The notes under the pieces: generated by a model | Seen by the model: the letters and a program-made list of their open reading frames with translations, nothing else | Database searches by the model: none | What the model was told of the DNA's origin: nothing | Shown: in pieces, positions 37,295 through 46,958 of the stretch | Layout of the letters: each line of letters opens with the position of its first letter | Numbering within the stretch: position 1 is the first letter of the stretch | Program-made: the position numbers and the translations under genes | Assembly (NCBI GenBank): GCA_028281825.1 | Contig: JANQJC010000009.1 | Location: 8,138 to 72,137, forward strand | Length of the DNA: 64,000 bases | Direction of reading: 5' to 3' | Source of the DNA: Flavobacteriales bacterium | GTDB taxonomy: Bacteria > Bacteroidota > Bacteroidia > JANQJC01

Positions 37295-38782
37295 TTACTT
37301 CATCATTAACTCTTTCAGCGTCTTTCGGTCCAAATTTTCAAGGTAGGCCATCACAACAATTATAATACCTGGGGATAATCTATTTTTAAAAAAGTTATCG
37401 AAGTTGTCACCAAGTTGCTCATGAATATAATCCAATTGAGCCTCAATTTTATCTATCCTTTGTTGCTTTTGTGATGGGGAAATATGTTTATCACATTGAA
37501 TTATTGATACTATTATTTCCCTGGTTAGGCTTTCCATGTCACCTGTATCAGGGTTTTTAAGCAATTTGTCCACTTTGGTTTTGCAGGATAGGTAGAGTTG
37601 ATTATTGTATTCCAGAATGCTGTCTATATCAACAACAGTCGTTGTAGGTAATTTACCTTTTGGAATCCATTCAACGGCTATATCTTTTATGTTCGTTCCT
37701 TTAATAACCAATTCGTCTATCGTGCTTGATAACCTTTCATTGACAAAATAGTGAAGCCTTACCCCTGAATGGTTGCCCACAAAAGTTACTTTTTCAATAT
37801 AGCTTTTAGTGTTTTTTATGTAGGTGCCTATCTCTTCAGAGCCAATGGTAAATATTGAATCGTTGATAGATACTTTCCCTTTTCCCTTTATGTTGTGTAA
37901 AACCAACGGAACTTTAATGGAGCACTCACTACTATCAGCAACCTTTATTTCAGCAAAAGTATATTCAGGGAAATCAGCTCCCTTATAGGGCCAGAAGTAT
38001 TCGGGAAATCTTATCGGAAAAGTCATTGACGATTTTTTTGGCAAGTAGAACCTTATATCGATAGGATTCATTCTGTTATTATATCCTTCATTAATAAAGT
38101 TATCCTCGGTGGTAGCATACATATTCTTTAACGCTTTAGAACTGGACAGGGCTTTTGGGTGAAAAGCAACATTTGATGCATATACCTTTCGGTTCATAAG
38201 GGTGGTATCCTTGGCTATTTCTTCAACACTTGCTACTTTATTATCCTTATTTAGGTAGTAAACTTGATATGAAGGGTCATACATATGCCATTTTCCTTTC
38301 ACGTATACTTCGGGTACCACGTGACCCTCTATGGTCCATATGCGTGATTCAAACATGAGGTCTTTCCATATGAAGGAAAGTAGTGTAGCCATATCATCAC
38401 ACAAACCATTACCGAGTGAGTTTACCATCAGTTCAGGGTAATGCATCCAACCTTCTTCAGAGAAAGGCCTGCAATAATTAATCTTATCAATCACATACAT
38501 CCATGCAAGTCTTTCCAGTGGCTCATTTGGGTGGTCAATTTGCATGTTGTAGATATCATTCAACATATATCCCTTGGCTTTGAAGAAGTGATCTGATTGA
38601 ACTTTGAATACGCTTAGGGTATCACCCTCGTTTTTAATGCTTATGATACAACCTGATGAGTCAGCGCATATATTTTGAAACACGCGCCTTGCTATAATAG
38701 TGTCTCTGATAATACTGGCATTGCTACTCACAAAGCAAGTCAATAGGCACCCCAATATTAGTATGTATCTCTTAATCATCAA
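37295..38782 (-). CDS. Secreted transglutaminase-like domain protein
   Basis: Signal peptide; G.CDD.A...GHVVPEV....W...DP Cys-His-Asp triad. Confidence 0.7.
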   Translation of the reverse strand: MMIKRYILILGCLLTCFVSSNASIIRDTIIARRVFQNICADSSGCIISIKNEGDTLSVFKVQSDHFFKAKGYMLNDIYNMQIDHPNEPLERLAWMYVIDKINYCRPFSEEGWMHYPELMVNSLGNGLCDDMATLLSFIWKDLMFESRIWTIEGHVVPEVYVKGKWHMYDPSYQVYYLNKDNKVASVEEIAKDTTLMNRKVYASNVAFHPKALSSSKALKNMYATTEDNFINEGYNNRMNPIDIRFYLPKKSSMTFPIRFPEYFWPYKGADFPEYTFAEIKVADSSECSIKVPLVLHNIKGKGKVSINDSIFTIGSEEIGTYIKNTKSYIEKVTFVGNHSGVRLHYFVNERLSSTIDELVIKGTNIKDIAVEWIPKGKLPTTTVVDIDSILEYNNQLYLSCKTKVDKLLKNPDTGDMESLTREIIVSIIQCDKHISPSQKQQRIDKIEAQLDYIHEQLGDNFDNFFKNRLSPGIIIVVMAYLENLDRKTLKELMMK

Positions 38783-38929
38783 CAGGTTTACTTAGCGTAA
38801 TTAGCAACAAAATTAAGGTATTGTGGTTATATAATGGGCTAGGGGTAACGGGAGCGCAATTTCTTTGCCTCAAATTATTTCCCCATCTTAGCCATGTAAA
38901 ACTATTAATTCATAAAAGTAAATCATTAA

Positions 38930-39412
38930 ATGAAGATTTCAAATGACAGTGTTGTAAGCATTCATTATACATTAACCAATGATTCTGGAGAGGTTTTGGA
39001 TAGTTCTCAAGGTCGTGAGCCTTTAGCTTATTTACAAGGCCACGGAAACATCATTCCAGGTTTAGAAAACGCATTACTTGATAAAGAAGCTGGGGACAAG
39101 CTGAAAGTTACTGTAAAACCTGATCAGGGCTATGGTCAGCGCAATGATTCCATGATTCAAGAGGTAGATATTACTAATTTTCAGGAGCCTGAGGAAGTGA
39201 AACCAGGAATTCGTATCAGGGTTGAGACCAACCAAGGTGTGAGCATTGCTGTAGTTACCAAAGTAGAAGGTGAGAAAGTAACATTAGATATGAACCATCC
39301 ACTTGCTGGTGAAACGTTACATTTTGATGTTGAAGTAACTGAGGTTCGCGCAGCCAGCCAGGATGAAATATCACATGGCCACGTTCATGGTCCAGGTGGG
39401 CATCAGCACTAA
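38930..39412 (+). CDS. slyD: FKBP-type peptidyl-prolyl isomerase SlyD
   Basis: HYTL, YLQGHGNIIPGLE, D.NHPLAG.TL.F.V, His-rich tail. Confidence 0.93.
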   Translation: MKISNDSVVSIHYTLTNDSGEVLDSSQGREPLAYLQGHGNIIPGLENALLDKEAGDKLKVTVKPDQGYGQRNDSMIQEVDITNFQEPEEVKPGIRIRVETNQGVSIAVVTKVEGEKVTLDMNHPLAGETLHFDVEVTEVRAASQDEISHGHVHGPGGHQH

Positions 39413-39416
39413 TCGC

Positions 39417-40061
39417 CTAGCGCACGTAAAGTAAAACCGAAAAGTAGTGGCAGGCAGTACCTACTAATACAAAGCAATGGAAGATAGCGTGCTTGTAAGG
39501 TAGTTTTTTAATGCTATAAAAAACTGCACCAATCAAATAAGACGCTCCTCCCCAAATAAGCCATTTTAAGCCATTGGTAGATAAATTTTCTACCAGTGGC
39601 TTTCCTGCAAAAACGACTACCCATCCCATAAGCACATAACTAAGAGTAGACAGGGTTTTGAACTTGCCTGTATGATACAGCTTGACTATGATACCTATTA
39701 TAGCTAAGCCCCATATAACTGACAATACTGCCCAGCTCCATGCGCCCTCTAGAGTTACCATAGCAAAGGGTGTGTAAGACCCTGCTATCAGCAAATAGAT
39801 GGCTGAATGGTCAAAAATCTTAAGCCTCATTCTTGACTTAGGCTTCTTTGCTGAGTGATACAAGGTAGATGCCAAATAGAGTGTAATCATGCTTACACCA
39901 AATATGGTGAAGCTGGTGATGTGCCTATAATCACCAAACATGATTGCATAAATAATTAAGAAAACAAGGCCCACGATGCTGGCTATAAAGCCCACCAGGT
40001 GAGTGATTATGTTTATCCTTTCTTCCTTTGGGTCGTAATCATTCAGTAAATCCTTCATCAC
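39417..40061 (-). CDS. Hemolysin III / PAQR family membrane protein
   Basis: EERIN..TH, STLYH, DHSAIYLLIAGSYTP, HAIFHCFVL. Confidence 0.92.
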   Translation of the reverse strand: MMKDLLNDYDPKEERINIITHLVGFIASIVGLVFLIIYAIMFGDYRHITSFTIFGVSMITLYLASTLYHSAKKPKSRMRLKIFDHSAIYLLIAGSYTPFAMVTLEGAWSWAVLSVIWGLAIIGIIVKLYHTGKFKTLSTLSYVLMGWVVVFAGKPLVENLSTNGLKWLIWGGASYLIGAVFYSIKKLPYKHAIFHCFVLVGTACHYFSVLLYVR

Positions 40062-40098
40062 AAAAAAATCTTTCCTTAAAGATATAGAAAATAGAAGT

Positions 40099-40563
40099 TT
40101 AGTATACGTAGTCCACCTTATTTTCGTGAGTGTTGATATTGATGACTACCTTTTTTTGTCCCTGATATTTCAAAGCAGAGATGTTAAACTGGAGTTCTTT
40201 TTCTTGTTTTTCTGCACATGACTCAGAACCTCGAACTAGCTCTAGAAAAACATTAGCCTGGGGAGGAAGGCTTTTTAAGAACATACCCGAGCTATAAAGG
40301 TTGAAGTCATCATCCTTGCAGGCATTCTTGTAACTTACCATAAGTGTCAGAATATCATCTTCAATAGAATACTCCCTGATTTTGTAAGGGTTAGATAGGT
40401 TCTTATATTCAATATCAATAATGACATTCTCAGGGTCTTGGTTATCTTCCAACTGAGCAGTCCTACTATCGTTAACAATCTTAGATTTATTGGATTTGCT
40501 TTTACATTGCACCAGAAAGCAAGCCAATGAAATAGAGAATATGATTAAAAAGTAACGTTGCAT
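40099..40563 (-). CDS. Hypothetical lipoprotein
   Basis: Lipobox-like LVQC followed by a Lys-rich segment. Confidence 0.6.
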   Translation of the reverse strand: MQRYFLIIFSISLACFLVQCKSKSNKSKIVNDSRTAQLEDNQDPENVIIDIEYKNLSNPYKIREYSIEDDILTLMVSYKNACKDDDFNLYSSGMFLKSLPPQANVFLELVRGSESCAEKQEKELQFNISALKYQGQKKVVININTHENKVDYVY

Positions 40564-40576
40564 TAGAGTAGTGTGT

Positions 40577-43324
40577 CTATTTAGCTAATATTATCTTTTT
40601 GGTGATTTGCTTATTGTCAATGCGTAAAACGAGATAGTACACACCGTGGCTATAGTCACTAATGTCCAGATTTAGCAGTTTTTTGTTTACTCCGACTTGT
40701 TCTATTATTACTTCACCTATCAAGTTATAAATGCTGAATGATGTAGCTTCCACATTATCAGGAAGTAATACATTAAGTTCACCTACTGTGGGGTTCGGGT
40801 ATATCTGAATAGCTTTAGCTATCTCTATATCGCTCAGGCCAACATTAGTTCCAACGGTAACATTTCCAGTTACAGAGCAACCATTAGCATCGGTAACAGT
40901 AACCATATAATTACCAGTAGAAAGTCCTGTGATGGTTTGCGCAGAGCCATTACCACCAGACCATGCGTAAGTATAAGGTTGTGTTCCATTGCTGGGGCTT
41001 GCTGTTGCAGTGCCGTCACTTTGTCCATTGTACTCAATAGTGGAGGATAAGCTAAGTGTTGGCCTGGAGTACACAGTAACGTAGTCTGTTAGAGTGGTTG
41101 TATCAGAACCAAATGTATTGGTAGCAATTAGCGTCACATTATACGTGCCAGCAGAATTGTAGGTAACGGTTGGAGTTGAATTGCTACTTGTAAATGGGGT
41201 TCCACCTTCGAATTCCCAAGAGTAGGTAGTAGGATAATTATTGGTATCCAGATTACTGTATTGCACCTGTTGTGTTCTGCAAATGGCTGTATTATTGCCA
41301 GAGAAATTTGCATATGGCAATTGTGGTGGTATTGGTAAACAAAAGTTTGAAGTTTCCTGGTTAGTGAAATCACCACCAGTTGCTATTTCAAAACCATGTT
41401 CATCTTCTAAAGTATATGAACCCTGGCCTTCACTGCAGCAAATACCATCGCCATAATCATCAAAAATGGTGAATTCATAACAGTCATTGTCAGCCAGGCA
41501 AAAGTCTATTTCATATGTTGAGTTGTCTCCGTAAGTATTGATATCCTCATTGTAAAGTACTTGATTACCAGAGTTTCTTAGTTCCCAGCTTGTTTCTTCT
41601 CCCCAGTTATCAGTTACTAAAGTGAGTGTTATTGCAGAACCAATAATCGTATTAAAGTTGACGTTAGCACTATTGTTTTGAGAGTTTTGGTCAGTACCAC
41701 CGTTTGGAGAACTAACGGTAGCAATCATAGTATGAGCGCCTGAGCCAAGGTTTACAGTGTTGAATGTGATGTCTTCAGTTTCATTGGTTGCTAATGAGCC
41801 TGTCCAGTTTACTACGTAATTATTACCATCAATATTCACGGTTACTGTTAAAGAAGTAAGTGTGTCACCGCCAGAGTTTTTGATGGTAACTACTGGGGTA
41901 ATAGAGTTATCACAGATATCCGCTCCATCGGTTGGGCTATTGATAGATATTAATCCGGCATCAAGAGCAAACAGTGGGGCATATGGGTCTAATCCATTAA
42001 CAGAGGTTGCACCAGTATTGCCTGGGTCAAGCCAGTCACGTAGCCTATTGGATGATGAACTTCCATTCCAAGAAGTGGAAAACTTGCCATAAAAGTCGGG
42101 CTGGCTGTTTGGGTTAGAGCCATTACAAGCTGCACTACCACCATATAGTTGACCAATGATTTGATGGGTGGCTTCATCAAACAAAGGGCTACCTGATGAA
42201 CCACCTTCTGTAGTGCCTTCTTCCCATGCTCCTACCCTCCATGTAGATGCTCCACTAAAGTTGGCAGATGTAGTTGCGTTTTGGTCTCTGGATATCTTTT
42301 TAATATCACCTGAAGGATGATGAATACATACAGATGATGAAGATGAATTATTATCATTTCTCCAACCTGCTAGATAAGGATTGTAGTTAGCAGGAATTGG
42401 GTCGTCTAACTCAACCAAGGCGAAATCAGAACCTGCGTTACTTGCCCTAAAAATGGCACCAGTTAAACTTTGATTCGTTGGCCCGCTTGAGCCACCGCAA
42501 GTAGAACTCTGGTAGTTGAAACGGAATACCCAGGTAGCAGGGTTAGTGCCTTGATAACAATGATTGGCCGTTAGGTAATAAGGTGTTCCGTCGTTTGCTG
42601 TATTATTGACCAGAGAACCTGAACAAAGGCCACCGCCAAGCACTATGCGGGTTACAGCGTTTCTTTCATTGGTCCAGTTAGCACCCAGTGGGCAATTTAC
42701 ATTGATATTACAAGCACCTGAACCACCTGCTGATGAAGATTTGGTTAAGTCATCTAACACATTTCTGTAAGCATGAACTACAGTGGTTAATTTAAAATGC
42801 CCCACACCCCTTGCATGGGCAGGCTCGTAATATTCCAATGTAATTTGGTCTCCTTCGATAAGATTAGTGGCGAAATAGCCATGGGGTTTGTTGTTCTTTT
42901 CGGTAAAGGCTCCTAAAACTGCAGACTTGTCCAAGTTGTATATAAAAAGCTTGGAACCTTCAGCTAGATAGAAATTTTCAAATATTAAGTTGATAGAGTA
43001 GGCACCATTAGACTTGATAGATTGCCTCCATAGTCCGGCACCATTTTTAAGGTTTTCCCAATTGCCATTGTCAGCAAGGGTTATATTCACAGGAAGCTCA
43101 GCACCAAAACGATAACGCCCGATTTTATTTGCGTGGTTTATTTCATCTTCAGCTAGCAATGCAGCTGCATCAACACTTGGCAAAGTATAAACAGGAATAT
43201 TTTGCTCCAAGCCTTTCTTTGTAAAACTCACAGGGGTGCCACCTTGACTCAATTGAGCATAGGATGAAGAACCCATGAATAGGGATACAAGTAGAGAAAT
43301 AGAAAGTAACACAATCTTGTTCAT
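40577..43324 (-). CDS. Lysyl endopeptidase-like (trypsin-like S1) protease with CARDB/PKD/SprB-like domains and T9SS type A CTD
   Basis: CSGSLVNN, LTANHC, DFAL, HHPSGD.K, GSSGSPLF, GQLYGG; C-terminal IYPNPT...GVYYL. Confidence 0.9.
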   Translation of the reverse strand: MNKIVLLSISLLVSLFMGSSSYAQLSQGGTPVSFTKKGLEQNIPVYTLPSVDAAALLAEDEINHANKIGRYRFGAELPVNITLADNGNWENLKNGAGLWRQSIKSNGAYSINLIFENFYLAEGSKLFIYNLDKSAVLGAFTEKNNKPHGYFATNLIEGDQITLEYYEPAHARGVGHFKLTTVVHAYRNVLDDLTKSSSAGGSGACNINVNCPLGANWTNERNAVTRIVLGGGLCSGSLVNNTANDGTPYYLTANHCYQGTNPATWVFRFNYQSSTCGGSSGPTNQSLTGAIFRASNAGSDFALVELDDPIPANYNPYLAGWRNDNNSSSSSVCIHHPSGDIKKISRDQNATTSANFSGASTWRVGAWEEGTTEGGSSGSPLFDEATHQIIGQLYGGSAACNGSNPNSQPDFYGKFSTSWNGSSSSNRLRDWLDPGNTGATSVNGLDPYAPLFALDAGLISINSPTDGADICDNSITPVVTIKNSGGDTLTSLTVTVNIDGNNYVVNWTGSLATNETEDITFNTVNLGSGAHTMIATVSSPNGGTDQNSQNNSANVNFNTIIGSAITLTLVTDNWGEETSWELRNSGNQVLYNEDINTYGDNSTYEIDFCLADNDCYEFTIFDDYGDGICCSEGQGSYTLEDEHGFEIATGGDFTNQETSNFCLPIPPQLPYANFSGNNTAICRTQQVQYSNLDTNNYPTTYSWEFEGGTPFTSSNSTPTVTYNSAGTYNVTLIATNTFGSDTTTLTDYVTVYSRPTLSLSSTIEYNGQSDGTATASPSNGTQPYTYAWSGGNGSAQTITGLSTGNYMVTVTDANGCSVTGNVTVGTNVGLSDIEIAKAIQIYPNPTVGELNVLLPDNVEATSFSIYNLIGEVIIEQVGVNKKLLNLDISDYSHGVYYLVLRIDNKQITKKIILAK

Positions 43325-43500
43325 GATTGTCTCGGTTTTGTTAGTCTTATAAATTTACGAAATGCTGTTCTGATATGCATTCGGTAGCTGCAATTATAAG
43401 TATTCTCGATGGGAAAGCGAGGCAGTATTAGATAAGATGGGAATTTTTGGGGATAGGATATGAATTTTGACTAAAATTGAACAAACTTTAACAAAAGCTA

Positions 43501-44379
43501 ATGAGATTATCATTACTCATATTACCTATTATAACCCTATCTTCTTGTATTACAAATAATCAAGATAAGATAGTTGAAAACAGGATATATGATTGTTTGG
43601 TTGCGAGCTATAGTGAGCAAGGGGTTAACCTGGAGGAAGAGATAGATTCATTTCAGAACTACTTAATAACTGAGGAATACTTAAAAGACGCTAGTGGAAA
43701 GGCGATTCTTGGGTTGTATGAGAGGATGGCTGCAACCAATGAGTTTCCGGTAAGCAGGAGAGATAAATGGGAAGGACTAGAGAAAGTTAACTTTGTTCAA
43801 TTTGCGGATTGCTTTGGTAAAGAGCAAGATACGGTAATTGGTCATACAAAGCTGGATTTACTTGGCAAAAAGCTGAGAGAAACAAAAATTCCAATTGACA
43901 GTGGTATTGCCAAGACTGGTTCGATTATGATTTCAATTTTCGATGCTGAAGATTTCGAAAGGGAACCAATGAGGACCTATGCCCTATGGACTTTTTATTT
44001 TGCTGCACTACAAGATGCAGGACTTGATGCCGTATTGCAGGAGGTACCAGTAGATAATACAGTTTATAATTATTTGATTATAAGGGTTACTGAAGATGAT
44101 GAAATTAGAGTTGACGGAGAGAAAATTGATATAGGTGACATTAAATCATTGGCGCGCAAGCATTATGATGAGAATGTAGGGAATGCAGGCTTTTTAATTG
44201 AAATAGAGAAAGGAACTGCATTTGACACTTATGTGAATATCAGTGATAGATTGTATGAAGTAAAATCGGAGTATTGGGAAGAGCAAAGTGGGTTGATGTT
44301 TGGCAGGCCATTCTCCCAGTTGAATGAAGAAGAAAAGGCGGCTGTGAGAGAAAAGGTTAAGTTTAAAATAAGAGGATAA
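43501..44379 (+). CDS. Lipoprotein with C-terminal ExbD-like domain
   Basis: Lipobox LSSC; C-terminal half resembles Bacteroidota ExbD (KGTAFDTYV...FGRPFSQL.EEEK.AVR). Confidence 0.55.
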   Translation: MRLSLLILPIITLSSCITNNQDKIVENRIYDCLVASYSEQGVNLEEEIDSFQNYLITEEYLKDASGKAILGLYERMAATNEFPVSRRDKWEGLEKVNFVQFADCFGKEQDTVIGHTKLDLLGKKLRETKIPIDSGIAKTGSIMISIFDAEDFEREPMRTYALWTFYFAALQDAGLDAVLQEVPVDNTVYNYLIIRVTEDDEIRVDGEKIDIGDIKSLARKHYDENVGNAGFLIEIEKGTAFDTYVNISDRLYEVKSEYWEEQSGLMFGRPFSQLNEEEKAAVREKVKFKIRG

Positions 44380-44383
44380 GCAG

Positions 44384-46408
44384 CTAGTCTTTCTTCCCTT
44401 CAATCACTTTCTCCAAAGCATACATTTCATCACGTAGCTTGGCTGCCTCAAGGAAATCAAGTTCCTTTGCTGCTACTTCCATCGCTTTGCGGGTTTTTTC
44501 AAGGCTTTTCTTGAGTTGGTCTATGCTCATATATTGCACTACAGGGTCGGCAGCTACACTTGTAATCTCTTGCTCTACATAAGCCTTTGGCTCACCTGTT
44601 TTCTTGCCTACTATGGTTTGGTTCATAATCGCTTCACGAGATTTTTTAAGTGCAGTAGGGGTGATGCCCAATTTCTCGTTGTACTTCATTTGCTTATCAC
44701 GTCGGCGTTCAGTTTCATCAATGGTTTGTTGCATGCTTTCGGTTATGGTATCAGCATACATGATAACGCGACCATTCACATTACGAGCAGCGCGGCCAGC
44801 CGTCTGTGTAAGTGAGCGGGTCGAGCGCAAAAAACCTTCTTTGTCCGCATCCAAGATGGCTACTAATGAAACTTCAGGTAAGTCAAGCCCTTCTCTCAAA
44901 AGGTTGATGCCCACCAATACATCAAAATTGCCTAGGCGTAAATCTCTTAGAAGTTCCACACGTTCAAGCGTATCTACCTCGGAGTGGATGTAACGACAAT
45001 TGATGTTTAGGTTAACGAGGTATTTGCTCAACTCTTCAGCCATGCGTTTGGTGAGGGTAGTCACCAATACACGTTCTCCCTTGGTCCTTGTCTGTTCTAT
45101 CTCGTCTAATAAGTCGTCCACTTGGTTGATACTAGGGCGAACCTCAATTATAGGGTCTAACAAGCCAGTTGGGCGAACAATTTGTTCTACGACTACACCG
45201 TCCGATTGCTCTAACTCATAATCGGAAGGAGTGGCACTTACGTATATTACCTGGTTTTGCAATGATTCAAATTCTTCGAATTTCAATGGCCTATTGTCCA
45301 TTGCTGCTGGAAGGCGAAAGCCATACTCCACCAGGTTTTGCTTTCTAGACCTATCACCGCCATACATAGCACGATACTGAGGAACTGACACATGGCTTTC
45401 ATCAATTACCATCAGGTAATCTTCAGGGAAATAATCTATCAGGCAAAAGGGGCGGGTGCCAGGCAATCTGCGGTCAAAATAACGGCTGTAATTCTCAATA
45501 CCCGAGCAGTAACCTAATTCACGCATCATTTCCAGGTCATAGGTTACTCTTTCTTCCAATCGCTTAGCTTCTAAGTGTTTTCCTACCTCCTTAAAATATT
45601 CTACTTGCTTCATCAAGTCATCCTGTATCTCAAAGATGGAAGATTTAAGCGTATCAGGGGATGTAACGAAGATGTTGGCAGGATAAATTGTCAGTTGGTC
45701 AAAGCCTTCCAATCTTCCACCAGAAATAGGGTCGAAAGACTCAATTTCTTCTATTTCATTTCCAAAGAAGAATATACGATAAGCGATATCGGCGTAAGCA
45801 GGGAATATATCCACAGTATCGCCTTTTACGCGGAAATTACCCCTGTTAAAATCGGCTTCTGTTCTTGAATACAATGAGCCGACAAAATCCAGTAAAAGCC
45901 TGTTGCGACTGATGGTTTGCCCAGTTTGAATTTGTATAGTGTTGTTCTTGAAATCAGTCGGGTTACCAATGCCGTAAATACACGAGACCGAGGAAATCAC
46001 TATCACATCACGCCTGCCAGAAAGTAGGGAAGAAGTAGTGCTCAATCGCAGCTTCTCGATTTCCTCATTGATGGAGAGGTCTTTCTCGATATAAGTATTG
46101 GTTACAGGAATGTATGCTTCAGGCTGGTAGTAGTCGTAATAGGAAACAAAATACTCTACCGCATTGTCAGGGAAGAACTGCTTGAACTCACCATATAATT
46201 GCGCCGCTAGAGTCTTATTATGGCTCATGATGAGTGTTGGCCTTTGTACCTCTTGAATTACATTGGCAATAGTGAAGGTTTTACCAGAGCCTGTCACCCC
46301 CAGCAGGGTTTGGAATTTGTCGCCATCCAAAACGCCCTTTGAGAGCTGTGCAATTGCTTCAGGTTGGTCGCCAGTAGGCTTGAAATCAGATGTAATTTTG
46401 AAATCCAC
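44384..46408 (-). CDS. uvrB: Excinuclease ABC subunit B
   Basis: PTGDQPEAI, GVTGSGKT, YYDYYQPEAY, DESH, C-terminal UVR domain. Start set to GTG 46408; the longer ORF would overlap the divergent gene. Confidence 0.97.
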   Translation of the reverse strand: MDFKITSDFKPTGDQPEAIAQLSKGVLDGDKFQTLLGVTGSGKTFTIANVIQEVQRPTLIMSHNKTLAAQLYGEFKQFFPDNAVEYFVSYYDYYQPEAYIPVTNTYIEKDLSINEEIEKLRLSTTSSLLSGRRDVIVISSVSCIYGIGNPTDFKNNTIQIQTGQTISRNRLLLDFVGSLYSRTEADFNRGNFRVKGDTVDIFPAYADIAYRIFFFGNEIEEIESFDPISGGRLEGFDQLTIYPANIFVTSPDTLKSSIFEIQDDLMKQVEYFKEVGKHLEAKRLEERVTYDLEMMRELGYCSGIENYSRYFDRRLPGTRPFCLIDYFPEDYLMVIDESHVSVPQYRAMYGGDRSRKQNLVEYGFRLPAAMDNRPLKFEEFESLQNQVIYVSATPSDYELEQSDGVVVEQIVRPTGLLDPIIEVRPSINQVDDLLDEIEQTRTKGERVLVTTLTKRMAEELSKYLVNLNINCRYIHSEVDTLERVELLRDLRLGNFDVLVGINLLREGLDLPEVSLVAILDADKEGFLRSTRSLTQTAGRAARNVNGRVIMYADTITESMQQTIDETERRRDKQMKYNEKLGITPTALKKSREAIMNQTIVGKKTGEPKAYVEQEITSVAADPVVQYMSIDQLKKSLEKTRKAMEVAAKELDFLEAAKLRDEMYALEKVIEGKKD

Positions 46409-46529
46409 AGCCTGCAAAGATAGGGCTTTTTGAGGAGCCAGAGACCAGAATATAGGAGTCGGAAGCTTAATTTTAACGTATCTTTCGTATGATATAGAAC
46501 TAAAGTAAATTAGTAGCAAAATTTCCCTT

Positions 46530-46958
46530 ATGCCAGCTGATACAATCACCATTTCAACAGACGATGAGAAACTGGATATTGCTTACGTCTACAACTTTTT
46601 AAAAGAAACTTATTGGGGCAAAGGCCGAACCTATGAAGGAATGAAAGTGATGATTAAAAATTCCTCTGTCAATTTCGGGATGTATGATGGAGACAAGCAA
46701 ATAGGTTTTGCAAGGGTGCTGACAGATACCCTACGTTTTGCATATATATTGGATGTATTTATTGACCAAGAATATCAAAGTAGGGGATTAGGACTGAGAT
46801 TGATGAAGTACGTTTTGGAGCATGAAAGCATGAAAAATGTGGATAAAGTAGCCTTAGGTACTCGAGATGCACATGGTGTGTATGAAAAGCTGGGTTTTAC
46901 AGCTCTTGAAAGCCCTGAAATATGGATGGAGAAGAAGAAGCCTAATTTGGTGTGTTAA
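46530..46958 (+). CDS. GNAT family N-acetyltransferase
   Basis: YW, QIGFARV.TD, DVFI...YQ.RGLG, T.DAHG.Y.K.GF. Confidence 0.9.
   Translation: MPADTITISTDDEKLDIAYVYNFLKETYWGKGRTYEGMKVMIKNSSVNFGMYDGDKQIGFARVLTDTLRFAYILDVFIDQEYQSRGLGLRLMKYVLEHESMKNVDKVALGTRDAHGVYEKLGFTALESPEIWMEKKKPNLVC

Noticed and set aside
22952-38782. Lasso peptide cluster (AsnB-like cyclase plus transglutaminase-like peptidase)
   Set aside because: AsnB keeps the N-terminal Cys glutaminase domain (MCGIAG), the transglutaminase-like protein has a signal peptide and lies over 12 kb away, and I saw no RRE/PqqD or precursor ORF.
39417-40061. Hemolysin as a virulence factor
   Set aside because: Hemolysin III/PAQR proteins are widespread membrane homeostasis proteins; there is no toxin context here.
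46409-46552. N-terminal extension of UvrB in the ORF track (likewise the asnB, SDR and PKD extensions)
   Set aside because: No homology, they span promoter elements, and the uvrB extension overlaps the divergent GNAT start.
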